Source of the DNA: Tubulanus polymorphus
Lineage: Eukaryota > Animalia > Nemertea
Direction: 5' to 3'
DNA length: 64,000 bases
Assembly: GCF_964204645.1 (NCBI RefSeq)
Contig: NC_134034.1
Span: 3,179,814-3,243,813, forward strand
Of the stretch, positions 1 through 12,394 are shown one piece after another. A model generated the notes under the pieces. The model made no database searches. It saw nothing but the letters and a program-made list of their open reading frames with translations, and was not told the DNA's origin. The translations under genes were made by a program, and so were the position numbers. The number at the start of each line of letters is the position of its first letter. Position 1 is the first letter of the stretch.

Positions 1-615
1 CAGTATTCCTGAAGATGACTATTAGGATATAGTCGAAACGTTGAATAAACTACACTAGCTCAAGGAATACAGTATTCCTGAAGATGACTATTAGGATATA
101 GTTGAAACGTTGAATAAACTACACTAGTTCAAGGAATACAGTATTCCTGAAGATGACTATTAGGATATAGTCGAAATGTTGAATAAACTACACTAGCTCA
201 AGGAATACAGTATTCCTGAAGATGACTATTAGGATATAGTCGAAACGTTGAATAAACTACACTAGCTCAAGGAATACAGTATTCCTGAAGATGACTATTA
301 GGATATAGTCGAAACGTTGAATAAACTACACTAGCTCAAGGAATACAGTATTCCTGAAGATGACTATTAGGATATAGTTGAAACGTTGAATAAACTACAC
401 TAGTTCAAGGAATACAGTATTCCTGAAGATGACTATTAGGATATAGTCGAAACGTTGAATAAACTACACTAGCTCAAGGAATACAGTATTCCTGAAGATG
501 ACTATTAGGATATAGTCGAAACGTTGAATAAACTACACTAGTTCAAGGAATACAGTATTCCTGAAGATGACTATTAGGATATAGTCGAAACGTTGAATAA
601 ACTACACTAGCTCAA
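1..615 (+). repeat. 69-bp tandem array (~9 units, truncated by window start); each unit contains a minimal type I hammerhead ribozyme motif of the Penelope-like-element kind
   Basis: Units start at 1, 70, 139 and onward to 553. Unit 1: TATTC (4-8), CTGAAGA (9-15), T, GACTAT-loop-ATAGTC (17-34), GAAA (35-38), CG, TT|, GAATA (43-47). The 3' tail at 616-665 matches the solo copy at 46900-46957. Confidence 0.85.
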
Positions 616-1283
616 AGTAACATTTTCGGACTTTTTTCTTATTCATTGTGGGATTCTCTCTACATCGCGTCAACACGGATATTGTGTTCTATCAATCGTG
701 AACTATGAAAATATCATTTCGGAGGAGGAAATACAAATTTCAAAAATTTCCCTTAACGAGATAAAATCACATTTCGATGGAAGAGGGAACTGTCGATAGG
801 GCAATATACATATGTCCAAACAAATGATTCTTAGGAAGTTCGAATTCTGCAATGAATTCTGTGATCAAAAAAGAACCTCGCGTTTTTCAATCTTTTCATC
901 ATTCAAGCCAGGATTCTCATTCGGTGGATATGAAAAAAATTTGTTTTGCTCATTTTTCCACCGAATTTGTTCCACGGACGGGAATAAAAAAGTTGTATAT
1001 TCATTTGAATTTTCTTCAAATTTCGGAGAAATTTCGGAGAAATTTTCCCGTAAACCAAGCTATTAAAAAAGGCTTAACCTCAAGACGGGGCGATATTTGA
1101 AAGTGTTGCCCGCGCACTGTAGTAATTCGCCATCAGGAGTCAAACCCGTTTGTCAGTCAGCTCAGATAGTTGATTCAGCGGCTTCACGCCTTATCCCACC
1201 GAGCTAAAAACATCACCTCGTAACGCCCTCTACTGGGCTGATAGCACTTTTAGAATACGAAACCTCGATTAACTGTGCGTTAC

Positions 1284-2502
1284 CTTTCATCGTGATGTTA
1301 AATCCATCCAGACCCAGGTTCATCGTCATCAGACACGTGATGTTATGTCTGACTAGGACAACAAATCCAGAAGAGGTTCTCCATTGTTTCGATATCAGAC
1401 AAACTGAAATTTTAAAAATCTGGTTCGAACTTGAATTCAAGGTTTTCTCTTATGCGGAATATATGTACTCTACTTACGTATTAAAAGCGATTCAATTAAT
1501 ATCGTAGCAACTAGTTTGAAGCAAAGTTTACAACGCTGGAAAAAGGGAAATAAATTAAAGCAAAAGGCCATCAATATATCAAATCATTAAAAACAGAAAA
1601 ATTATCAGAAATATAACTGCAAAACAGTGATAACGGGTTTTCTGCATTGCAAGATCCCCCATAGGTAAAAATCCCCCCACTGGTAAAATATCATAAAATT
1701 TTTAATAACCTACAAGTACATTATGAACTTTTGATTGGTCAAACCCCAGTATAGATCACCGTTATTTGGAAATTCTGGGAGCCCTCCTTTATTTCCTTAC
1801 AAAATGACGTCACAAACAAGCATATCTCCGGAGTACCGGTATAGTCCGATTACGTTATTTAATATTACTAGTCCAAATAAGCCCTTTGCCGGTATGCTGT
1901 AGAACTGTTATTTCGCCGGTGTTTTGGTCTAAGAATTCAATTCAATTCTTAATTGACAGTAACCTAATAAGTAATTTTAAGTTTCAAATAGGATGGACAG
2001 TACATTGAGATAATCTGCTGGTTCAGAGAGACCTCTTTAAGTAATGTTAAGTTTAAAATAGGATGCACAGTACATCCATAGAATCTACGCGGAGAAAGAG
2101 ACTATTATATTACTATCAGAGTTTAAAACATTTCGTTTAAAAGCTGTTTCTTGTCGAATCTGATAGAAGATGATTTTTATGTGACGAAATTGAGTAGAAA
2201 ATATGTTAAAATAATAATCAGCAGGAATACAATAGGGTTTCTGCCAAGGCAGCAGGAACCCTAATAATTAACAAAATTACAAGAGAGTTTTCGACGAAAG
2301 TCAGAAAAGCCTAATGAAATAACTGTCGCGAACCACTTACATCTTCACCTCGACTGCCAAAAGCGACTACTAAACACGCCACCCCGATAACAAAAGTGAT
2401 GTAACCAACAATAACTGTATTGACGTCTACAACGGCAGGTACCCTTACCGATGGGTACCACGTGTTCCATGCACCCTCTCTCCACGCGTCGAACCAACCC
2501 AT
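1284..2502 (-). CDS. DUOXA: Dual oxidase maturation factor (DUOXA/moladietz-like), 5' part; exons 2341-2502, 1478-1535, 1284-1403; remaining exons not identified
   Basis: Spliced translation MGWFDAWREGAWNTWYPSVRVPAVVDVNTVIVGYITFVIGVACLVVAFGSRGED-RCKLCFKLVATILIESLLIL-CLISKQW...NLGLDGFNITMKG. Junctions are GT-AG with consistent phases (0,1). The N-terminus and GLxGxNITxKG motif resemble DUOXA proteins. Confidence 0.75.
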
Positions 2503-3032
2503 CGCCGTGAAGCTGAAATTCATCGTTTTAATAGTAAAAATGATGGAGCGCGAAAGTATTGGTATCATTGGGGCTAACATCCGAGAACCGCCAAGTTTCG
2601 TAGGTAATTTCATCGGAAAACTACCTGCTAAAGGCCTAGCGTCCTAGAATTTTAGATTTTTGATATTTTTGACATTTCATATAACTGAGATTAAAAAAAT
2701 GCAACTTATCGTAAGTTTTGTTAAATAGCATCGAGTTTACCTTTAATATTGGTGATCTCCAGCAGCAAGCGCCCAGACTATTGACCAAATTGACGAGTCG
2801 ATAACTTATTGCACTTTAGCTTGCCTTTGATCGAGAAATACATTATAATCTAGGTTCCCAGACGAAAATTCTTCTTTCGATACATGTGTTATCCGCTAGC
2901 GAATTCCTGTGCGAGAAAAAAAAACAATAGACTTTATGATCTACTGAGACATTTTGGGCGAAGAGAAATGTCAACGCGCTCGAGTATAGCGATTACTTTG
3001 ATAAGAAGTGGTCGATGCTTCATTTGTAGTAG

Positions 3033-3090
3033 CTGACCAGTCGATGACTGACCAGTCGATGACTGACCAGTCGATGACTGACCAGTCGAT
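3033..3090. repeat. 15-bp minisatellite (GACTGACCAGTCGAT) x4
   Basis: Directly visible tandem units. Confidence 0.9.
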
Positions 3091-4131
3091 GTACAGCAAA
3101 CTCTGTACAGCGTGAGCCAAATTTCCCATTAGGAAACGACGAAATAGGCAGAAACGTATTATTTCTACAAGAAAATACACGTATTTTCGAATTCATCTTG
3201 TAATTGATAATGACTGAATTTCTTAAGACGAAGGCCTGGATAAAAGTGTTCAATTTTATTTGACTTGCTTTTTCCCTGACTTTTCTTCGACTAATCCCTA
3301 GACAAGCACGTTGTTTCGCCAGACTCGATTTGCCAGGAATCCTTTCAAATAACACTGTAGCCTAATACGTAAGAAATAGAGGGTATTTTTTATCTAGCGA
3401 TCCCAACAAATTTCCCCGAGTTTCCTTTGCTTTTTAGATTTCTTTTTTTACAAAATTCCCTGACTTTTAACCGATTTCCAGGTACTGGAACGGTAGTTCA
3501 GCTACATAACGAGTGAATGGAATAAATATGAATATTTGTTGACATACATCCCGCCACTTTCTGAACCCGTTTAGGGGTTTAGGTTAGGTATGAGCAGATC
3601 TGTGTTGGCGCAATGCCATTCTAATCGCATTCAGCTTGTATCGGACGAAAATTGCAGGCAATGAAGCTTTGTCGCTTTTTGCGTTGAATATCCCACCAGT
3701 TCGGCCTCGTGTCGACTATCGTGCGTCACTCATCTAAAAAGTGAAAACACGTTTACACGTTTATTTGAATAGATGTAAACTAGTTATGACTGGCTCGACT
3801 AAAGGAAGAATGATATGAATGATTCAATATGTCAATCACGTTTTGCAAATACAACTAAATTCTAGTAACGAAGACTACGAAACAAAGAACGATATATTCA
3901 CTTATGAATAGCTATTGTCCGATTTGGAATTCAACGTTAAGAGAACTGGTGTCGATAAACTGCTAAAGTTCACCATCAGCATATGTATGTATGTGTGTAT
4001 ATATTTGTATATTATTTATATTGTATATGTACATGGCAAAATAAATATTATATAATTCATATTATCGATAAGGGTTAACGTAGAATGGACCGGGATTCGA
4101 CAAGCTGTATAATCACTGCCCATTTGGAGAT

Positions 4132-4202
4132 GTTCTATTGGTCTTCTGGTTAGGATGCTTGCTTTCTACCACGAGACCCGGGTTCGATCCCCGGTTAGTG
4201 CG
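4132..4202 (+). pseudogene. tRNA-derived pseudogene or SINE head (Gly/Glu-like)
   Basis: A-box-like TGGTCTTCTGG and a B-box/T-arm CCGGGTTCGATCCCCGG; acceptor and anticodon stems pair poorly. Confidence 0.5.
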
Positions 4203-6585
4203 CGTAATTTCACTGTCAATTCTCTAAGTCGTTTCATAATCGTACAATCGTTAGGGTTATTTAGCTAGTACGTTTTAAATCTGTCTCCCTATCGGGAACT
4301 ATTGTTCCAGCGAACTTCAAGAAACCGATTTATACGTTCGTTTATAACATGGACTCTGAAACGAGAGAGTCTATGTTATAAGCGATAATTTCGGGTTCGT
4401 AATAACCAATAAATCATTACTGTCGTTATGTTCGCGACGCAAATATTAGGTAGCTCAAAATAGTGCATAATATTGTGAGGACAGGAAAAACACGTGTCTT
4501 TGCAGGAACTGGAATATTCAGGAAATTCCTACATCTTCCCGTTCTTGTATTTTCCAGTAGTTTCTTGTATATTCCAGTAATGCAAGTTTATTTCTTTACC
4601 CAGCGTGCTTTTCCCTACATTTTCCAGTTCCTGTAATCAGGTTGAGCCTTCTATAGTATTTTCCAATAATTCCTACGTTTTCATTTCAGGAATATTCCAT
4701 TGCAGTTAGTTTCATGTCGTGCATTTTCAGCGTCACCGACGACTTTACATATACGCATACGTCTCATTTTATGCAGGCCTCTTTTTTCGAATGTAAATTA
4801 CAAACCAGGTTTTTCAGGTTTGAAAAAGCTTTTACGCAACAGTAAACATTTCGTAAATATCAATTCTATTCAAGTTGTCAATTCAAAGTATTCCCACGCA
4901 ATATTCCCTGCGGTACATCACGTACAATGTGAGCGAGCGATAAAACAAAAATGCAAATCAATATCAGCGGAAACATTCGAGGATTATCCATATGCTATAT
5001 AAAAACATCGAGGTATATTCTTTTTACTTGGGGGCAACAGCAGTCTTATAGAAATGTTACTTTCACACTACGTTCGCGTGTGTCCGGAATTCGTTTTAGG
5101 GATCATCGTTTTAGAAAATAACGATATATCCCGAAAACCAAATCAAAGAGCGAAAATCGGGCCAAAAATAAAATGATCACTCTCGCGTCTAGTGTTATAA
5201 TTTATGTTAGGTTTTGTAAAAAAAATAGAAAAACGCCCGCATGAATAAATCTTTCGTGATATCAGCTTTCATTTTTCTTTTTCTGTGCGCCTGGAAATGG
5301 ATGAAAATGCTATGGTGTCGGCAATGAGTCCGGTGATTGGAATTTGTATAGATCGGGGTTCGAAACTGCCAACACATGAGGTTTGATGTACCGTACGCGT
5401 AACATTTTGTTTCGACTGACGCACTCTTTTCTCCTCTTGATAGCGATTCATTAATACGTCTTTAAAAGCATTGCTTATATCAGATCATGAATGTATGTAC
5501 TTGCAAAACTTCCTGATAAATTATTTTTGTTTTTGTTTGCCATTTTCTGGCCATCTAGTAATAGCACGTTTCGATGGGTTGTAAACGTTAAGTCAGGATC
5601 GAATGTTAAATCATGATTTCGGCTTTTCCTTAAACGTTCGTCGTTCTGATTTTCTACCACTGAAATTCACGCCACCTCAAACTGCGGTTGCACTTCCTTC
5701 ATTGGTCTAAAACACCACACAATATTTCTTCCATTTGATATATGTCTATATGTTTAACCAATGGATGCAGGTTTTGCTAAGAGCGAATCTTCTGGTACGA
5801 CCAAGAATAACACATCTGATTGGTTGAATGCATAGACTGGTAGCTGCGTGTCGGCAACCCGTCCGCCCATGGAATCTTGGGCGGAGTGTGATGGACGAAT
5901 ATAGGAAGTGTGGTCGGGGTTCGTGTTGGCAAGAGTCAATCAAACGCTGGCAAGCGAATACGATTATTTTGTGATAGTTTGCTCGCTAGTAGTAGGCAAA
6001 TAACCGCGTGTAACGAAATGATATTTAACTTCGACGATGAAGTGCGAAAAATCGATCCAATCAATCCGGTGGTTTCATGGCCGACGGTGAATCAGTGTTT
6101 TTTTCTAACGAGTTCCTATGCTTCAATAACATTACATTTAGAAAAATGAGTTACGGGTATTTCGAAGAATTACAACCGCGTGACGTCGATTTCATTTTTG
6201 TATACCGACCTGTGCGTGTTGAAGGACGGGGGGGGGGGGTGTTCACACGTGCGAATAAACTCCGTTGACAATTTTTCACATTGAAAACAATATAACCTCT
6301 AGCGGAGTCGAAAAATAAGACTAAAATATTCATTCCTTTGAGCGAGTGAATTATAGTCAAAATTGCAAAGCACAAAAGCGAGGGGATGAAAAGAAACCTG
6401 TGTATAAAAAAACAGGTCAACCCCTCATAGTCGTTAGCACTGAAATGTAAATTGTTTTTTGTATCGGGTTGTTGGTCGTTGCTTTAGTAACGAAACACGC
6501 AGATCGTCAACAGACACCGAACGAAACGGACGTCTTAAATTCTATCATCCATTCTCGAAGTGAAAATCGCTCCCGCTTATTGAAA

Positions 6586-8722
6586 ATGTCGAAGATAAAT
6601 AGCATCGTGGTTGTTGCGGTTATCGTTCTGTTGGGACTTTGTAAAGGTATAGTGTTTATGGAGGCGTCCTCGGGACGGAATTGATTTTCTTTTTCAATTT
6701 TGCCGATCAAAAATCATTGAATCAAATAAAAATTCGATTTTCCAGTGTATCATCGGTTCATTTTTTTTTGCCCGGCAGTCATTTAATTCCGACTCGCAAT
6801 TAATATCTTTATTTCATTTTTTCTGCTCGGAATTAAATGGCGGATCTCAAAAGTTTTAATTGGAGGTCAAAAAAGATAAAATTAAAAAAAGAAATGATTT
6901 AATTTCGTGATAAAAGGCGGGATTCAATGGTCACCAATCGAAAAAAAATATAAAATCTTATTAAGGCTAAACTAAAAATGATAGCGGGTATGTTATGGTT
7001 TTAAATCGTAATGTACAGGGTATATAGATGGCAGGCCGGGTCAACTTTTGAGCAGAAATGGGAAACACGATAACACGGTATCGTTTGTTAGCCAAAAATC
7101 AAATCTTTATTTAATTTCATGATTTACAATTAACGTACGCCTCTTTATGGCATTAAGATATTAGTTATCAGAAATTCGTCCTAAAAGTCATAATCTTTTT
7201 TTCGGAGCCTGCTTCGGTTCGTAATTTAAAGTTCTTAACAGAGGCCGTAGTGAGGACCGGAGAGGGTGAATGGAGATGCAAATAATACAAACTTTACCAC
7301 ACCTAAACGAGACAACGAAGCTAACGAAGCAACCAAGTTCGACTAGTGCGCCATCTAGTGGAGATGAAAGTTATGAGGTCACGCCAAAACCTATCGATCA
7401 AATCTCGTCACGCCTCATTTGAAGAAGCCGAACAAAGTTTTTTAATGCGAGCAAAAATGAGGGTGGTAAAATTATAAGAGATGTTTTTAGTAAATTGGAA
7501 ATTGCATTCATATTCTAGATACAAGAGCGTTACAATGCTACAAATGTCCCAACTTCAGTTCGTGTAAAAGCCCCAGCATAGTTAGCTGTCCAGTCAATGT
7601 TGACGCCTGCGTGGTGAGTATATTCTACTCTTATCGTGATAAAACTACGCAATAAATCGCGAGAGACGAATGAAATATAAGTCCCACGATCACAAGTTCG
7701 AAAGAGATTTTAAAACATCAAAAATATAAAAGTTTATTAAAAGACTCGAATTTTCGGTCTTATACTAAAAACCATTTTCACTCTCGTTTTTAGTATAAGA
7801 CCGAAAATTCGAGTCTTTTAATAAACTTTTATATTTTTGATGTTTTAAATCTTTTTCGAACTTGTGATCGTGGGACTTATATTATATTCTACTCTTATGA
7901 TCTCCGGCACTAATTACCGCCGAGAACCAATTCAACTAACAATTGTCTACTTTCGCATTAGGCCACACAGATATGTACCCTTGTTTCTCATTCAGATTTC
8001 TAAAAGTTATGAAGGACTATTGGGTGATTTATTTAAGCTTGCTGAAAAACAATTGTACATTAAAACATCACTTGTCTTACCTAAGATATGATAATAATGA
8101 CTTATTATTTTTTGGAACGATAGAATTCTCATGACACGAACGAAATGAAGGCTAGTCGTTCTTTACCTGACAATTTTTCAAGATATTAAATGTTACCAAA
8201 AGAACGTGATCATTAATTGTCGCATTCTCAATCAGGGCCAGTAATTTCGATTAGGGGGAACATCCGTGGCCAGCTTTTCTCGGTACTCGACCGCGAACGC
8301 CGACCGCTCAGGAATGAGGCCTTTAACCGGCTTCCACTACCAAGAAAATCTAGAAAAATAGATCGAATTTCTTAGTAACGAGAGATTGATTCTAGAACAC
8401 GGCAGAATTCGGCTTGAATACGAAACAAGGGTATGATTTCTTCACGCGGCCTAACACAGACAAAAAACAATAAATAGTTTGATATAAAGACATAATTTCA
8501 TTTCAGGCCTTTTACTACAAACAGGGATCCACAGAAATAGAAGTTAGAGACTGTTATATAAAGGCTGCCTGTCCAGGTTACATTGCAACATTCAACACCT
8601 TTCCTGCATTCAAAGGCAATTGCTGCGCTACAGACAAGTGTAACAGCGGTTTTGCACTAAAAGCCTCCGGAATCGTCGCGGTCCTCGTAGCGGTATTGTC
8701 GACGGTGTATAACAGATTTTAA
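6586..8722 (+). CDS. Ly6/uPAR (three-finger) family secreted or GPI-anchored protein, 123 aa; exons 6586-6646, 7519-7613, 8507-8722
   Basis: Signal peptide MSKINSIVVVAVIVLLGLCK, then LQCYKC with 10 Cys ending CCATDKCN, then a hydrophobic C-terminal GPI-type signal. Junctions are GT-AG and in frame (372 nt). Confidence 0.9.
7635..7882. mobile_element. Palindromic (fold-back) Penelope-like fragment in intron 2 of the Ly6 gene
   Basis: ~95-bp near-perfect inverted arms (about 7675-7770 and 7787-7883). Flanked by a 16-bp direct repeat TATATTCTACTCTTAT (7619-7634, 7883-7898). Contains a degenerate hammerhead-like TGAAAATGG...ACCGAAA. Confidence 0.6.
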
Positions 8723-9578
8723 ATGCAGAGACGACGTGTGGATGATTCTGCATCAGTTAGCGATTTAGAAGATATAATAATCTGTGAGCAGACGACGAAT
8801 TACATCTAATTTAAACGAAACTTTTCGGGTTCACTAATCTCGCTTTACGTAGATGCTAGGGAAATTGATCGAATGAAAAATTAGGACCTTTGAATTACTA
8901 TTTGACAGATTATAAAAATTGAGAAATTTGATACGAGTTTTATTAGGCATTAGGCCAAGCAAATGGGAATCGCACTGAATCTGGGAGGAGTCCATTAGGC
9001 TAATAATTACCCGAGAATCCACATAAATGTAGATTATAGCTTATTTTAATCAAATGCAAACGTAAACCACAGATATTTCGAACGTGTGGAAATTTTTCTA
9101 AGACTAATATATGCGTTACCAGCAATACGTCACGCCACTTATCACGCCATTAAAAATTAGTTCATTTTCGCTATCGTTTCTTTTAAGTCTTCAAATTCCA
9201 GAAGCAAAACGTCATCGTAGTCACAAATTCATTCGATTCTAATTGAAATGTAGAATAGGAACACACAGACGGGATTCAACCTAACTACAAAGTGCAACCA
9301 TCTATTGTCGGAGTAGCGTTTGTTGGTTCATTAGGCGTATTGCACAGTAGGAGTTCGTGATAACTCTAACAAAACTGATGCCTTGTTTCTTATCTCAAAG
9401 ATTGTTCCGGCCACACGCCTTTTAACCCAGTACATTACTTTTTAAATTATGATCAAGATAACTAGAACAGACCTGGCAGCTATAGAAAATAAACTGATTA
9501 CAATTGTTAATAGCAGCTTACAAAATGGATCGACTGATAAGGAGAAACGAGGGATCGTTTTTAGCATGAAGTTTACAT

Positions 9579-9887
9579 CCTCCCTCGGCAGAGATTCGAA
9601 CCTGATAGCATCGCTACACTAGCTAGACTGGGTGCGCAGGTACACGCGCAGCTTTGCCGCGCGAAAACTTGCGGCACCAATCAGATTGCTCGTTGTATAG
9701 TCGCTGAGGTAAATTTCCCGGAAGAACTATCGATGGGAAAACCTGTGCTGAATATAAAACGGGATATCTGATTGGCTAGTAATAGCATTATCTAAGCTGC
9801 GTATTTATCTGCGCACTCGGTCTAGTGTGGTATGGTTTCGTCCCGTTGCGAGTCTCGATGACATCAGGTTCGAGTCCCAGCCGGGGT
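9579..9887. mobile_element. MITE-like element with inverted ends carrying B-box-like GGTTCGA motifs; related copies near 46510-46670, 51265-51565 and 55125-55185
   Basis: Left end ...GGCAGAGATTCGAACCTGAT is roughly the reverse complement of the right end ATCAGGTTCGAGTCCCAGCC. Internal sequence is shared with 51265-51565. Confidence 0.6.
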
Positions 9888-11163
9888 ATTTAGAGTCTAT
9901 TGCATATGCCTAAGAAGTCTGTATAAGGCTAGACACAATGTATCCACCTTGAATTTAATAAATCACTTATATTATACTTACGTGTGTGGCAGCCAGTCTG
10001 CCATCTTTTGGGTTTTTGTAAAATGTACGACAGGCGCTCCAAAAATAAGGTCCGATAGGACGGACATTTGTTGGACCAATAATGCAAAAAAGGATCTTTG
10101 GAAAATTCCAAGAATGTATATTTATTTTGCATAGCAAGTAGACTGGTAGACATGTTCCAAAAAACTTTAAGAAATGGTCTTTCAGTGCCGATCCTGTTTT
10201 TAGAACAAATTAAAATGCAAGTGGATGCCTCTGATTTATCAAAATTTTAGGGGCATCATGCCCTTTTCCCATGATGTTTGACCAATAGAAAAATGGAGGA
10301 TACGCCACCGAGTCAAGATTGATATAATTCCAAAAATAAATCGCAGAAGAACTCCAACTTACCATACGAAATATTTGGAACGCATTCCGTAACAAAAGCA
10401 AGAGAAAAGTCGAGATTTACTACACGGGACGCAGAGGGAGCAGGGGTTCATTAATCGCCGGTGAATCCCCTAATAGCCTCCGAGTATCTACCCTAGGAGA
10501 ATTCCTGGATCAGCTCCCTTCTAAAGGTTTTCACCATATGGTTAAATCCCACAATTCGGATACTACGAGAAATGAGTCCGAGAAACTTCGTTTTCAGGAA
10601 TTATTTGCACTACAAAATCATTTATCCTTGACAACTGTGCCAGGTTTAGGAAAAATGGCTTCTTTTCTTATATCGGTGCTAGGCGTGGATGACTTCGATT
10701 CTATTAAACCATATCCTTGTATTGCAAATTCAATCAAATCTTATTCTACCAGTAAATATCGAATCCAATTCCTATTTCGAAAGCTTTTTAAATCCGATTC
10801 AATTATATCGCGCATTCAAATGAAACGAAGGAGAAAATTGGCCTGGCCTGAAGTAATTTTTCTTGCCATCTTCGTGTTATAAATAATTGTACATTGTACT
10901 GTGTGAATTACGTGGAGGCATAAAGTGTATTTTGACAGACCGAAACTAATACATTCGCGAAAAGCCAATAAAACAGGCTGACGATTTTTGTTTTTAGCTA
11001 CGTGATCTTGTTTCATGCGCTAGGACCTAATTTGATTCTTGTTCATATTATTTGATACACATGAAACGAAAAAACGAGGGTATGTTTTGCTAGTAGATAA
11101 AGACTCAAATATTTCAGTACATTGCTTACGAGGATTCGACTTTGAATAGAACTGTTACTGTAA

Positions 11164-11559
11164 AAGGGGATAGCTAGAAGATGTACAACATGAAAATGCA
11201 CAACATGGTGCTTGACCAACAAGAATCATACAGAATTAACCACTTTTGGAATATGACAGAAAAGACATGGGTGGAAATTGTGCGGCATTGAAAATGGTGG
11301 AAAAGATCAGTCGGAATTTGGTAGAAAAATCCACTATTGGAAATTAATAGAAAATGCACTCTATAAAAATGTACAACATGGAAATAACATACATGAATTT
11401 GAAAGAAAGATCCAGTGCCAGAATATAGCAGAAAAAGCAAAATGGAAAATGCACAACAGTCAAATGATAGAATTCTATCATTTTCAATGTTGTGCATTTT
11501 CTGATTCTATTAACTAATTATTGTTGTACGTTTTTCATGTTGTACATTTTCAGCCCCAT
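11164..11559. mobile_element. MITE-like element with internal AAAATGYACAAC repeats
   Basis: Inverted ends ATGTACAACATGAAAA ... TTTTCATGTTGTACAT. Confidence 0.45.
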
Positions 11560-11677
11560 TTAGGGGAATACAGAATAAGCACAAGAAATTGATAGAAAAA
11601 GCCTTCCTTTTGAACGTTTCCAGACAATCGGCACAAATTTCCTTACACTTTGATCAAGCTGCATCAGTTAGTTATTA

Positions 11678-12394
11678 TTAATCCATAGCAATCACTTGAA
11701 CCAAATCAAATATTTCCGCGACTCCGCTCTGGACAGTGTTTTCACTCCAAATAATTTCCAAACGTCGGTTCTCTTTCTTGGCCATGTTTTCCAGTATATC
11801 GAGACGTCCAATTGTACGACTAAAACCAAGGATAGCTTTACCTCCGGGACGCAGGTGTTTATGTGCACCTGCCATGAATCGCCCTGCTGCTTCGTACCCA
11901 GCGTCGACCATACTCAAATCAAGCACAGTTAACGTACTGACGACCTCAGCATCGGTAGGTAAATACACGAACGGAAAATTCCAGAAAATCAAATCGAATT
12001 TCTCATCTTCGGAAATACTGTCGAATACATCGGAATATCGTACCTCTCCCGGGACGCTGTAACGGTTGAAGTTGTAACTGGTGTTGTCCAGAGCGTGTTG
12101 ACTTATATCAGTAGCCAAAACATAGCTCAGATTTGCTTTGTTGCGTAGATAGTGCAACACGCTGATACAACCGGTTCCGCATCCTATTTCTAGGAATTTA
12201 GCATCTTTTTGATCTGCTGCCGGTAGATTCTTTACAAATCCCTCGCATCCATCCAGGAACAAAACACCTTCAAAGTTCGTGAATTTATGGTCACAAAATG
12301 TAACCTCAGCCTGTCCCCCGGACTCGGCTAGAATCTGCTGTCGCTTTGATAAACCGTCTTTAACGTATTCAAATACCTTCTTTTGCGCTTCCAT
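11678..12394 (-). CDS. Intronless class I SAM-dependent methyltransferase (HemK/PrmC-like, methyltransferase small domain), 238 aa
   Basis: Motif I FLEIGCGTG, ATDIS, YSDVF, NPPF-like motif DLIFWNFPF, and HLRPGG. Confidence 0.85.
   Translation of the reverse strand: MEAQKKVFEYVKDGLSKRQQILAESGGQAEVTFCDHKFTNFEGVLFLDGCEGFVKNLPAADQKDAKFLEIGCGTGCISVLHYLRNKANLSYVLATDISQHALDNTSYNFNRYSVPGEVRYSDVFDSISEDEKFDLIFWNFPFVYLPTDAEVVSTLTVLDLSMVDAGYEAAGRFMAGAHKHLRPGGKAILGFSRTIGRLDILENMAKKENRRLEIIWSENTVQSGVAEIFDLVQVIAMD

Noticed and set aside
1-615. 69-bp repeat as a CRISPR array
   Set aside because: There are no unique spacers; units are near-identical throughout.
4132-4202. Functional tRNA gene
   Set aside because: Acceptor and anticodon stems do not pair well; only the T-arm/B-box is intact.
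10538-11517. ORFs of 80-115 aa next to the methyltransferase
   Set aside because: They have no recognisable motifs and partly overlap a MITE-like repeat.
11678-12394. Methyltransferase as Polinton cargo
   Set aside because: It lies outside the left TIR, has host-like base composition and lacks the TAAATG start.
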